The translations under genes were made by a program, and so were the position numbers. From NCBI RefSeq assembly GCF_009914755.1, contig NC_060941.1: a stretch of DNA of 64,000 bases. The stretch is one strand, 5' to 3'. A model generated the notes under the pieces. The model was given only the letters and a program-made list of their open reading frames with translations, had not been told where the DNA came from and made no database searches. This document shows positions 1-26,454 of this stretch, piece by piece. Origin of the DNA: the human T2T-CHM13v2.0 reference genome, Homo sapiens. How positions within the stretch are numbered: position 1 is the stretch's first letter; the number at the start of each line of letters is the position of its first letter.

Positions 1-45
1 AGCAATGATGGGGAGCAGCAATGATGGGGAGCAGCAATGATGGGG
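1..45 (+). repeat. 16-bp tandem repeat (agcaatgatggggagc) x ~2.8, cut by the window edge
   Basis: Seen directly. Confidence 0.9.
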
Positions 46-3740
<3,695 letters not shown>

Positions 3741-3744
3741 GTAC

Positions 3745-4371
<627 letters not shown>

Positions 4372-5775
4372 TCAGCTCCTCTACAATGCTGTCAAGGACA
4401 CAGGCTTTTTCCCTTTATGCTCTGCCATCATTAGCATATTAGCCCTTTGTCTTCATGCTGGTCATTTCTGGTTTCAAGATGGCTGCCATAACTCCGGGTA
4501 TCACATCCGTGGTCAAGGCATGAGGGATGGCAACAGGCGAGCACCAGCTGTGAATTATTTCTTTTCTGAAGAAACAAAAGTATTTTTGGAAGTCCCTCAC
4601 TCCTGCAGATTCTTTTTTTAATTTCATAAATCCATATCGTTTTAATTATTTCAGAAGCATGTGTGATATATTCATGAAGTGAGTTAATTTAGAGAGGACA
4701 AGACCAACCCATGTCTTCACTAAAAATTTCACAGAAACCCCAAAAACTACCCTTCATGACTGCCACTCATTCCTAGGAAAGGAAAGGAAATGAAATAAAT
4801 CCAATCCCAAGTGAGGAATAATCAAATATGATTATATGTGTATTTATATATAAATACACATATAATATGTACATATATTTAATATGTACATACATATTAG
4901 TAATAAATACATATATTTCAGTAAAGGTGCCCAAATCTGACTAACTTCTCCTTCAACTCTATTATTTGAAAAGAAACCAGGTCAGCACAGGGGCTCACAC
5001 CTGCAATCCCAGCACTTTGGGAGGCCGAGGTGGGTCGATCACCTGAGGTCGGGAGTTCGAGACCAGCCTGGCCAATATGGTGAAACCCCATCTCTACTAA
5101 AAATACAAAAAATTAGCTGAGCATGGTGGCACATGCCTGTAATCCCAGCTACTTGGGAGACTGAGGCAGGAGAATTGCTTGAACCCAGGAGGCAGGGTTG
5201 CAGTGAGCCGAGATCATGTCATTGCACTCCAGCTTGGGCGACAGAGTGAGACTCTATCTCAAAAAATAAAAAGAAAGAAAAAGAAAGAAAGAAAGAAAAA
5301 GAAAGAAGCCAAAAAAACACATCTTGATGATTTTCTACAATAATTTTTTGCTTAGGGTTTTGTTTTCTGCTATTTTTTTTTCTTAAAGGAACGAAGTTTG
5401 CAGGTTTATTTTTATATGTCACTGTCCAGAACAGAGTTTATGACCACTCTCATTGCAAGGGAGGCTGGAAAGATGATGTCTAGTCATCTAAACTTTATAG
5501 TAAGAGGTGGCAAGTGAGAAGAGGGTTGAGAATGGCTGCTAAGTTAACCACAAACATTTTATCTTGAGCTGTGGAAGTAATCAATACCAGAAACCTTTAA
5601 AAAAGAAGTTGGTTGTTGGGAGTGGGGCTGTGTGTGGAGAGTGGAGGGGTGGGACACTGGTTTTTCATAGCAACATCTTCTATACAATTTGATTTATTAC
5701 CATGTTCATTATAAAACCCACCACTCCACTCTTTCTCATACTCCACCTTAGAAAAGCTTGTTGGCTCAACCGTCA

Positions 5776-6087
<312 letters not shown>

Positions 6088-6671
6088 TTATAATGTCTTG
6101 TCATCTCCACTACCACCATCATCATCACTGCTTCTGTCCTTGGTCTGTTAGAATTCATAATCAACAGAGCAGTCAGTGCTCCTTTAAAAAATCTCTCTTC
6201 TGGGCTAGGCATAGTGGTTCATGCCTATATTCCCAGCATTTTGGGACTCTGAGGAAGGAGAAGCACTGGAGGCCAGAAGTTCAAGATCAGCCTGCGCAAC
6301 ATAGCAAGACCACCGCCCACCACCACCACCCTGCATCTGTACAAAAAATAAGAAAAATTTAGCTGAGTGTGGTGGCATGCACTTTAGTCCCAGCTGCTCA
6401 GGAGTCTGAGGCTAGAAGATTGCTTAAGACCAGGAGTTCAAGGCTCTGCAGTGAACTATGATCACAGCACTGCACTCCAGCCTGGAAAACAGAGACCCTG
6501 TCTCAAAACACAAAAAAAGAAACAAACAAAAGCCCCTTCTGTGCTCAAAACCCTCCAGTCACTTCCCCCTCTCACTTAAGGTTAAAATAAAAATCTTTGC
6601 AGTGGCCTACAAGTCCTCCCACATGACCTTCTGACCTCATTTTCTTTTCTTTTCTTTTTTTTTTTTTTTGA

Positions 6672-6776
<105 letters not shown>

Positions 6777-6999
6777 TGACTAGCTGGGATAACAGGCATG
6801 CGCTACCACGCCCGGCTAATTTTTTGTAGTTTTAGTAGAGACGGGGTTTCTCCATGTTGGTCAGGCTGGTCTCAAACTCCTGACCTCAGGTAATCCACCC
6901 GCCTTGGCCTCCCAAAATGCTGGGATTATAGGCGTGAGCCACCACACCCAGCCCTAACCTCATTTTCTCCCCCTGTCCATTACACTCCAGCCACCCTGG

Positions 7000-7440
7000 C
7001 CGCTTGAATATTCCTCAAACACATGATCACGTTCCCGCCTCAGAGTCTTATTTGCTATTCTCTCTGCTGAGAACATCTGCCCCTGTTCCTGGAGCATTCT
7101 TACCCAGTCTCCTCCAAATATTCATCCCCGTGGCTCATCCCTCACCTCCCTCCTGTTTTTATTCAAACAACATATTCTCAGTGAAGCCCTCCTTGACTAC
7201 CCTTGACCGCTCTATTTAATAGCACAACATGTCCCCCACCTCCTGCTTTCTTTTTATTCTAAGCACATGCCACCATCTCAAGCACTATGTATGCAGATCT
7301 TTGTTTATGATCTGCCTCTGTCTCTAGAATGCAAGCTCATGAGCATAGGGGTTTTTGTCTGTTTTGTGCACTGCTGTATCCCTAGGCCCTAAAACAGAGC
7401 CGGGTACATAAGAAACCCTCACTGAATATTGGAGGAAATG
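7000..7440 (+). mobile_element. L2 3' fragment
   Basis: ctagaatgcaagctc...tttgtctgttttg..cactgctgtatccc...ctcactgaatatt, typical of the L2 3' end. Confidence 0.65.
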
Positions 7441-7605
7441 CAAAACCTCAAAAGAATTATTAGAATTTTTTCTTTTTTTTTTTTGAGAGATGGCATCTCA
7501 CTCTGTCACCTACGTGTTGGGGTGCAGTGACACGATCATAAATCACTAAAGCCTCAAACTCCTGGGCTCAAGGGTTCCTCCTGCCTCAGCCTCCCAAGTA
7601 GCTAG

Positions 7606-7841
<236 letters not shown>

Positions 7842-8139
7842 TAGTAGAGATGGGGTTTCTCCATGTGGGTCAGGCTGGTCTCGAACTCCTGACCTCAGGT
7901 GATCTGCCCGCCTCGGCCTCCCAAAGTGCTGGGATTACAGGCATGAGCCACCACGCCTGGCAAATTTTTTAATTTTTCATGGAGATGGAGTTGTCACTAT
8001 GTTGCCCAGGCTGGTCCTGTACTCTTGGGCTCAAGCGATCTTCCTGCCTCGGCCTCCCCAAGTCGGCCTCCCAAAGTGCTGGGATTACAGGTGTGAGCCA
8101 CTGCACCCCAGCATATATTTCTTTTTAAAGGTAAACATA

Positions 8140-8671
8140 TGTATTAGAGTTCTTCAGAGATGCAGAACCAAAGTAATGCAGAACCAATAGGATATGTATA
8201 CAACTGCGTATATACACCTGAATTCTATTGGTTCCGCATTTCCGAAGAAGAGATGAGAGAGAGATTTATTTTAAGGAAACAGTTCACATGATACTGGGGG
8301 CTGGTAAGACTGAAATATGTAGGGCAAGCAGCAGGCTGCAATTTCAGTGAAGAATTGGTGTTGCATTGCAGTCTTGAGTCCAAATTCCTGAGGTCAGCAG
8401 ACTGGAAATCAGGTAGGGCTTCTATGTTGCAGTCCTGAGGAAAATTCTTCTACAGGAAACCTCGGTGTTTGCTCTTAATGCCTTCACCTGCTTAGATGAA
8501 GCCCACTCACATTACAGAGGGCAACCTGCTGTCCTCCAAGCCCACTAACTGTAACTGTCACTCACACATGAAAAACACCTTCACAGCAACGTCTAGGCTG
8601 GCATTTGACCAATCGACTGGGTACCATACTCCAGCTGGGTTCCAGGTTGACACATACAATTAACCCTCACA
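8140..8671 (-). mobile_element. MLT2B-like solo LTR
   Basis: tgtattagagttcttcagaga...gaaccaatagga start and ggttgacacatacaattaaccctcaca end. Confidence 0.8.
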
Positions 8672-9939
8672 GCACAGAGAAGAAAAATAAAGAAAGCTAC
8701 ACAATTCCTATTCTTTTTTTTTCTTTTTTCTTTCTTTCTTTTCTTTTTTTTTTTTTTTTTTTTGAGATGGAGTCACACTCTGTTGCCCAGGCTGGAGTGC
8801 AGTGGGGCGATCTTGGCTCGTGATCTTGACTCATGGCAACTTCCGCCTCCTGGATTCAAGTGATTCTCCTGCCTCAGCCTCCCGAGTAGCTGGGATTACA
8901 GGTACCCACCAACACGCCAGGCTAATTTTTTGTGTTTTTAATAGAGACAGGGTTTTACCATGTTGCCCAGGCTGGTTTCAAACTCCCGACCTTAGGCAAT
9001 CCACCTGCCTCGGCCTCCCAAAGTGCTGGGATTACAGGCATGATCTACCATGCCTGGCTAATTTTTGTGTTAAAAATACAAAAACTACTAAAAGTAGAGA
9101 CGGGGTTTCACCATGTTGGCCAGGCTGGTCTCTAACTCCTGACCTCAAATGAACCACCCGCCTTGGCCTCCCAAAGTGCTAGCATTGCAGGTGTGAGCCA
9201 CCACGCCTGGCCCACAATCCCTATTCTTGAGGGGTGATGGGAAAGACAGTAGGAAATACAGACGAATATAACAAATGCCATGTTACAGAAGCACAAGGAA
9301 AGTTCTGTGGAAGGGTAGAGTTTTTGGTGGGGGGCCAGCTGGGACGACTTCATAAGGAAGTGGTCTTTGAGTTCAGTCTTGCAGGATACACGGAATTTCG
9401 ATAGGAGGAAAAGGCATTTTTCAGACTACTGAAACCTAGAGCCTGAAAATGCTTGACACATTTGGTAAATGGCCAAAAGTCTTCAGGAAGCAAACTCTTG
9501 CTACCGTAGCATCTGCTTCCTGTACCTCCAATTCAATGCTAACATTATGCTGCCTTAATTTGCTCATTATATTTATTTTCCCATGTAGAAGTCTTGATTC
9601 TCCATTCTTGAGAACAGGCATATTATACTTTTTTATCCCTAATAGTTCCCAGGTCATAGAAAATACTTAAAATTGTATCTAACTAAAAGTATGTGGCTAA
9701 GGTGAACTTGCCTGTCCATGCTCCTATCTTCTGATATAATTTTTCTTTGCACAATTGCTCTTCTGGATAAGTCTGTGTAGTTTAAGTCTACCTGAGCCGT
9801 ACCGTGGGATCAGGAGTGGGTGCATGATACAGCTTTATCCCGTCGCTCTCAGAAATAGGGGCAGGCTCTGCTATATAGTCTAGGCTCTTTCTGTGGCAAG
9901 CAGTAGCAACCAATTCACACAGACTTAAGAAACAAAGGG

Positions 9940-12420
<2,481 letters not shown>

Positions 12421-14300
12421 GCTGGATGGAGATACTCAACGAAATACCCTTTTCCCTCCAACCCACACCCCTCATGAGGCAGGGGCTGATTTTTGAGGAC
12501 ATCCTTGTGGCCACTTCTCACATTAGACCTTCCAGCCCAGCCCATGGACCCACATTTCAGTGCCAGGGAGAGAGAAAAGGTCCAGCATTAAAAGTGAAAG
12601 TTGTATCCTCATTAACATCTCTGAGAGCACAGGGAGAGACATGATGTTGACAGGAACAGTGTGGGTGGCCTGGTATCAGAGTGTAGCTTAAAGGGTGAGA
12701 GTGTATTCTGCCCACCTGGGTAAGGACCCTGCAGGTCTGTGACACTAGGAGGGCTCCAGAAGACAGAGTGAAGCTTTGATCATCAAAGCTTCTAGCTCAG
12801 GAGTGGCTTGAATGGGGCAGGTCCAGGCCTGAGGTTCTGGTGACACCAGGCACCAACGACTTGAAAGCCACGGGAGCAACACCGCTTGGGGGAAGCAAGG
12901 AGGCATGGCCTCTGCAGAAGTCCTCATCCTCAGTGGTGCGTGATGACACCAGGAGGGGTCCTCATGTGTGGTGGTGAGCAGCATGGCTTTTGGAGTTAGC
13001 CTTCCTGGGCTTTATCTTGGCATCACCACTTACTTACTAGTCCCTAATGGTGGCTTCTCTGTGGGGTGTTGTGAGGATTTGCTCAGGTAATGCAGGTGCA
13101 CGATTGAACCCAGTGTCTTGCTTGTAGTTCTCTTTAGTGTTACTGTTCTTATTAAGGGGCTCGACAGGATGTGAGACCTCAGCAGAAGACTCCTGTGAAG
13201 GATAATGGAGCAGAAGGGAATGGGAAGGAGCCTCAGAAATAACAGGGGTCTTTGCAGCAGTGGGGGTGGGGCTGAGCTAGGAGAATGTTGCCTATTTCTG
13301 TGAGAGTGAATCTGTCATTTTTTGTTTTTGTGTGTGTGTGTGTTTTGAGACAAGGTCTTGCTCTGTCGCCCAGGATGGAGTACAGTGGCACGATCTTGAC
13401 TCACCTGCCACCTCTGCCTCCTAGGATCAAGCGATCCTCCCAGCTTAGCCTCCCAAATAGCTGGGACTACAGACGTGCACACCATGCCCAGATAATTTTT
13501 TTGTAGAGAAGAGGCCTCACTATATTTCTGAGGCTGGTCTTGAACTCCTGGGCTCAAGCAATCCTCCTGCCTCATCCTCCCAAAGTGCTGGGATTACAGG
13601 TTTGAGACACTGCATCCAGCCAAATCCATTGTTTTTACCCTTAGGGCTCTGAGGCCTCAGGAGACATGAGTTATTCAGGCCAGACAGGGAGTGAAGCTAG
13701 GATTCACAGTGGATTTTCAATACTTCACTAAGAAGCTTGGATTTCATTCAAGAGGTTGTGAAGAACAACTGAAGAGAACTGTATTAACATTAATCTGAAG
13801 GTCTGTGCAAAGAAGTCAGAAAAGGGGAAGCTCCCAGAAAGAGAGACCAATTAAAAGATTATTACCATAGACTGAGGGAGAAAGCATAAGGAGCCGAAAT
13901 AGGACAGTAGCGTCGAGAATGGAAATGAAGGGACAGATGTGAAGGAGACACTTGGCGACAGAACTATCCCAGGATATATAAAGCATCTGCTTGCCCAAGT
14001 CTTCAATGTGTTTCAGTCCAGATCCTAGAGCTTTAGAAACTATGCAAACTAGCACCTTGCCATATGCAATCCAGCAAGCTCTTAGATTTTTAGTTGTTGT
14101 TTGCATTTACTGTTTTAAACAATTACATGATTTTTCCCAACTAAAATTCTAATTGCTTTATCGAACACTACATTGAATAATGATTCTCTAGCACAAATAT
14201 CTTAGTTGATTTTCTATTCCCAGATCATTTTAAATTTGTACATTTTAAACTATTTTACCATCTGCTGACCCATTATAAATCAAATAATTTTTTTTTTTGA

Positions 14301-14459
<159 letters not shown>

Positions 14460-15155
14460 TAGTAGAGACAAGGCTTCACCATGTTGGCCAGGTTGGTCTC
14501 GAACTCCTGATCTCAGGTGATCCACCTGCCTCAGCCTCCCAAAGTGCTGGGATTACAGTCATGTGCCACCGCGCCAACCTCAAATAAATAACTAATAAAG
14601 TATATAATAAATGGCAAATATGATACTTAACAAAATGTCATGCTTTCTGTACTGTTGCTAACAATGTCCATTTCTCACATCAGTGCTTTATTTTCCTTTC
14701 ATATTGATTTAAAATACTTATTCTCACCAGGTGCAGTGGCTCACACCTGTAATCCCAGCACTTTGAGAGGCTGAAGTGGGAGGACTGACCTCAGGATTTC
14801 AAGACCAGCCTGGGAAACATAGAGAGACTTCGTCTGTACTAAAAATTTTTTAAAATTAGCCAAGCATGGTGGTGTGTGCCTATAGTCTCTGCTACATGGG
14901 AGGCCAAGACAAGAGGATTGACTGCGTCTGGGAAGTTGAGGCTACAGTGAGCCATGATCACGCCACTGTGCTCCAGCATGGGCAACAGAGCAAGACCTTG
15001 TCTCAAAAAAGAAAAAAAAAAAAGAGTATCCTCTATATGAAAAGAAGAAAAGGAAAATTAAAAAAAAAGAACAGGAGAAAAAGAAATATGACAAATAAAT
15101 CTATTAACAAATTATAACCAGATCACTAAGATTTAAGACAAATATACTAACATTA

Positions 15156-15545
<390 letters not shown>

Positions 15546-15730
15546 TTAAAAAAGGAAGTAGAAATGTGCAAACCTGGGTGATTTGTTCAGTTTTCCAGGA
15601 ATGAAATTATTTAATACTATTACGTGATATTATGCTTGCTTTTTCCTCAACAATTAACTGAGGCTAATGACACCTACCTCCCAATGTTATTGTGAGGATT
15701 AAACAAAGTAACTTCTGCTTTTCTTTTTGA

Positions 15731-15949
<219 letters not shown>

Positions 15950-16551
15950 TGATCCACCCGCCTCGGACTCCCAAAGTGCTGGGATTACAGGCATGAGGCA
16001 CCATGCCCGGCCAAACAAAGTAACTTCTGTTAAACTACGAAGTGTGATACATATGTAAAATGTTACCTTTTTCTTTTTTTTCTTTCTTTTTTTGAGAGAG
16101 GGTCTTGCTCTGTCACCCAGGCTGGAGTGCAGTGGGGCAAACAGCTCACTCACCACAGCCTCGACTTCTTGGGTTCATGTGATCTTCCTGCCTCAGCCTC
16201 CTAGTAGCTGGGACCACAGGTGCACGCCACCATGACTGGCCAATTATTATTATTATTTTGTAGATACAAGGTCTCACTGTGTTGCCCAGCCTAGTTTTGA
16301 ACTCCTGGGCTCAAACAATCCTCTCGCCTTGGCCTCCCAAAGTGCTAAGATTGCAGGCGTGAGCCACCACACCTGGCCTAATTTTTCTAAAATACTGAAA
16401 TTTAGAGTATGTTTAGTTAGCATTCATGAAGAAAGTTAATCCATAAATGGAATGGATTTGAATTGAACATTCTTAGGTAATTTGTTAACCAGACACATTT
16501 GTCAGCCATCTTGACTGGTCCGTGGAGATAACATACACTGTGGACAGATGA

Positions 16552-16998
<447 letters not shown>

Positions 16999-17379
16999 TA
17001 ATTTATTAAATCAAGTCGTTATCAAATGCCTGTTTTAAACAGGTAAACTGAATGTTATGGTGGTTTGAAGCTGGGCAACCCACTTCCAGTCTCTTATCAT
17101 CAGTACAAGAGCAGAATTTGGGGCCTGACAGACCTTAATTTGAATCCTGGCTGTGGTCGGGCACAGTGGCTCATGCCTATAATCCTAGCACTTTCTGAGC
17201 CTGAGGTGGGAGGATCCCTTGAGCCCAGGAAACTGAAGCTTCAGTGAGCTGGGATCAAGCCACTGCACTCCAGCCTGGATGACAGAGCAAGATCCCATCT
17301 CTTAAAAATTTATAAGTAAACAAAAAATTAAAAGATCCTGACTGCCACAGAGAGAGAAAGGGAGGCTCTACATACATAC

Positions 17380-18270
17380 AACTGTTCCTGTTATCTTTTG
17401 CTGTACAATAATCCACCCCAAAATTTAGTGACTTAAAATGACAATTTATTATAATTTCTACTAATTCTGTGGGTTGATTTGCTCAGCTGGGCAATTCTTC
17501 CTTTTTTTTTTTTTTTTTTTTGTGACAGTCTGTCTTTGTCGCCCAGGCTGGAGTGTGGTAGTGTGATCCCGGCTCACCGCAGCCTCCACCTCCCAGGTTC
17601 AAGCGAGTCTCCTGCCTCCAGCCTCCCGAGTAGCTGGGAACCACAGGCACATGCCACCATGCCCAGCTAATTTTTGTATTTTTAGTAGATACAGGGGTTT
17701 CACCATGTTGACCAGGCTGGTCTTGAACTCCTGACATCAAGTGATCTTCCCGCCTCCGCCTCCCAAAGTGCTGGGATTACAGGCACGAGCCACCGTACCT
17801 GGCCAATTCTCTCTTAGATTCTTTCACGTAACTGCAACATGATGGTGGTTGGAAAAAGAGTCATCCGAAGCTCAACTAGAATGCACGACCGAGATGGCTT
17901 CTTCATTTATGTCGTCTTGTGTTTTAGTATATGGAATAGCTACAAACTAGCCAGGAAACAATATCTGTCACTCTCCATGCAGCCTCTCTACAGGACTCAC
18001 CTGGGCTTCCTCATGCTATGATGCCTTCGTGATACTTGGACCTCTGACACAGGGGGCCGCATTCCCCCAGAACACCCATTTCAAGAGCAAGTATTCCAAG
18101 AGGTTGAAAACACAAGCTGTCAGTCCTTCTAAAGTCTGGAACTGTCACAGGGTTACTTTTGCTGCATTCTATTGGGTAAGCAGATACAGGGCCACACAGA
18201 TTCAAAGGGAGGGGAAATAAACTCCATGAGGAGAATGATAAAGATTTTTGCAGCCATTTTAAATTCATTA
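17380..18270 (-). mobile_element. MLT1-family MaLR LTR with an inserted Alu
   Basis: ttgctgt.acaa...ccacccc.aaatttagtgacttaaa start; ttgctgcattctattgg...agattcaaagggagggg...cagccatttt end. Confidence 0.7.
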
Positions 18271-18302
18271 CAATGACTATGAAACATTTCCTAGATATAT
18301 TA

Positions 18303-19005
<703 letters not shown>

Positions 19006-19336
19006 TTAAGAGACAGAGTCTCACTTTGTTGCCCAGGCTGGAGTGCAGTGGTACAATCTCAGCTCACTGCAGCCTTGAACTCCTGGGCTCAAATAATCTT
19101 CCCACTTCAGTCCCTCCAGTATCTGGGACTGCAGGCACAAGCCACCACACCCATCTAATTTTTAAAAAATTTCTTGTAGAGACAGGGTCTCACTAGTTGC
19201 CTAGGCTGGTCTTGAACTCCTCGCCTCAAGTGATCCTCTCACCTCAAGTGATCCTCCCGCCTCAGCCTCCCAAAGAGCTAGGATTACAAGAGTGAACCGC
19301 CACACCAGGCCAAAGGAGACTATTTTATTTACTTAA

Positions 19337-19471
<135 letters not shown>

Positions 19472-19586
19472 TGAGTAGCTGGGACTACAGGTGCGTGCCA
19501 CCATGCCCAGCTGATTTTTTTGTATTTAATAGAGACGGGGTTTTCACCATGTTGGCCAGGAAGGTCTCGATCTCCTGACCTCGTGA

Positions 19587-19721
<135 letters not shown>

Positions 19722-20234
19722 TAGGAAGGGGAATTAGATGACTGGGTGACAAAGATGGGAGGTGGAAACTTCCTATTGTATACTCTTTTTTATATGTCTT
19801 TAACTTTATATCATGTGCATATATTACCTATTCAAATTCGACATCAATTTTTATAGAGACATAACATTTGCCACAATTTATGTCACAAGTGAAATAAATA
19901 TTGCTTGTGGTGGATAATCTGACAATACTTAACATAGTCAATTAAAGAAATATCAGTTTGTTACCAACTTTGTAGCTTCTTGATCTTCAGTGTGAAAAGC
20001 CTGTATAAAAGATCACTCTGTTAAAATGGAACCAGTGGTCAGAGCAGCTACAATTGCATAATAGAACATAAAACACAAATACCAGCTCTTCAGGGAGGAA
20101 CCATAGGGCTAATTTCCACATTCTTTACATTTCTTCGTTAGCATAACAGACAAATATTTGAACAATTCTTGCTCTAACAGGGCACATGATTTTTCATTAG
20201 AAATGGTTGCAAAATGGCTAGGTGCGGTGGCTCA

Positions 20235-20728
<494 letters not shown>

Positions 20729-21884
20729 TTATTGGCATCTCAGCTAGTATTACTAATTTGGGACACATTTAAAAAACAAGTTTTAAGAGTCATTTTCCAG
20801 AAATTGTCATATAACTGCAACAGAACAGTAATGAGACTGAACTTATTACCAAAAAATGCTCATTTTCAACAACTGTACTTTGGGCCTATCTGATAGTCTT
20901 CCTGTTAATGAGGAATAGTTTAGTTTTTGGGTTTTTTTTTTTTTTTTTTTTCAAATAAATCAAGGGATTGAATTCTTTGTAACTTTTTCTTTTTCTGAAA
21001 TGCAATACAAATGTTCTTAAAATACAGGATTGCCAAGATTGATACTGGCTTTTGAAAGGATACTAATAACATTTTAGTTGCTAAGATTTCTTTTTATATA
21101 TAGAAAATACTCCTGCTATTCTTAAGAAGTATTTTAAAGATCCAAAGACAGAATTTTGATTGTAGCTTTTATACAATGTTGCCATTATTTTCCATGATTC
21201 TATTGCCAAAAAGGAAGGTATAGCATATGAGTACTATAAGCAGCCTGTGAATATCTTTGCTTGCAACAGAATTTAGAAGAAATGATAAATGTGTGCCACT
21301 TAAAGGGTATTGTGAGAAAACTGCAATGTTTTAAGGCAAAATGGGTCCACTGAAGTAAGAAAGCTTCAAGTTAAATGGGAAAATAAATCATGATAGCCTC
21401 TCTTAATTTGCCATGATTCAGTATGGGTGAGGAGAAGTTAAATGTAGTAGACATATGTTGTGTTTTTCTGGCTGTCCACCATCCTCCCCTTCCCCCTTCC
21501 TATCAGCAGCTCAATCTTCCCTTGGAAGGAATTTCCTGTTGTATGTTTTGTTAATGCATGGGCTATCCCTGGAACACACCTCCCAATGCTCATGCCCAGT
21601 ACAGAAGCAGAGGGCTAGGTCCTTCCTCCAGCTGCCCTTTGGTGCCCCTGGGGAGGAGACACATGACCCAATTTGAGCAATAAAGTGCTCCCTACCAGGA
21701 TTTTGCATCTTGAGCGAGTGAACCAGACCGGGGCCATCTGGGAGTCAGATTGCTCCCAGCGGCAGGAGCGTGGTACTGAGGCTGGGCATCTCTGCTGCCT
21801 CACCTCCATGGTGCCCCTGTATCCAACTGTATTCAAAGCCCTCTAGCCTTCTGTCATGTTGGTGAGTCTCTGATGCCTACCTGT

Positions 21885-22800
<916 letters not shown>

Positions 22801-22889
22801 CAACTAGCACTCTCTCACAGACCTTTCATAAATACTTCTTAAGACAGCCAGAGATGGCTTCTGTTACTTCCAACCAAGAATCATGTCCC

Positions 22890-24490
<1,601 letters not shown>

Positions 24491-25065
24491 CTACATTTCA
24501 ACATTCTTTAGTAATTTAATTCAACATAAGTCATCTATATGAGCTGAAATTACTATACCATCGTATAGTCAGAGGTTATAGATAAATGCATGAAGATCAT
24601 TTTTGCCTTGTCAAAATACTGTGCCACATACAGTTATCAATAAAGTGAGTGATGTAATAGTAAATCATTATACTCTCATGACATAAAAGAAAGAAAATAA
24701 AGTTAATATGTACAAATAATATTAATGCTGACTATGTAATGAAGCCATGTTTTCTTATCAGGATGTTCATGAATAAAATGAAATGACAGCACAAGGACAT
24801 TTATTACATAATTTTCTACAGTAGAATAAATTCCTATATGTAACAGAAAGTCAGATGAAATTAAATTAAACTGAAAGGAAAATACTTGAATTAGACCAAA
24901 TAAAGAAGTTTCTGATGAAAAATTATTACAGGAATTGATTACTGAGCTTGTTACAGACTCCCTGGAATGGACAATTACCTGTCTAGGATAACTTAATTAT
25001 GGTTCTGCCTAGAGGCATGAGGCTGAGTTGACGACTTCTGCACTAGGATTTTATAGTTTTATTGA

Positions 25066-25480
<415 letters not shown>

Positions 25481-26084
25481 TAGTTCTCAACATCTAGTAC
25501 TTTCCTTCACTTAAAGGAATACCACACTGAATTACCGTGATATTATACATTATAATTTAGGTTGCTCTTTTATATGGAAATATGAAATTACTAATCTACA
25601 AATATAGCCTTTCCAATAAAGCTACAGGATGTGTGGAGTAAAATCAGAATTCTCCATTATTCATTACACTTATATGATGCAGGCAAGTGGGCAATCATTT
25701 ACAAGTCAGTTTCAGATAAAAAACATCATTTAATCATTACATTGCTATCAACCTTGAAAATATCAAAGAGTCAAAGAGGTTAAGGAAGAAAAAACAATTT
25801 GTCCTATTTATATACATTAAAATGCTAGCAAAAATGGGTCTGTTTAAAAATCATAAATAATATATATATATATATATATATACAGTAAATAGAGAGAATA
25901 CAGTATACCAAAAACCATTCACAATTTTTCAGCTAAGAAATAGCAGTGTGGTACATTTCTTCACAGTCTTTTTTTTTTTTTTGTATTTATTTATTTTGAG
26001 ACAGAGTCTCGCTCTGTTGTCCAGACTGGAGTGCAGTGGCGCGATCTTGGCTTACTGCAACCTCCACCTCTTGCATTCAAGTGA

Positions 26085-26454
<370 letters not shown>

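Noticed and set aside
1-45. Direct repeats resembling a CRISPR array
   Set aside because: No spacers; a simple tandem repeat in eukaryotic DNA.
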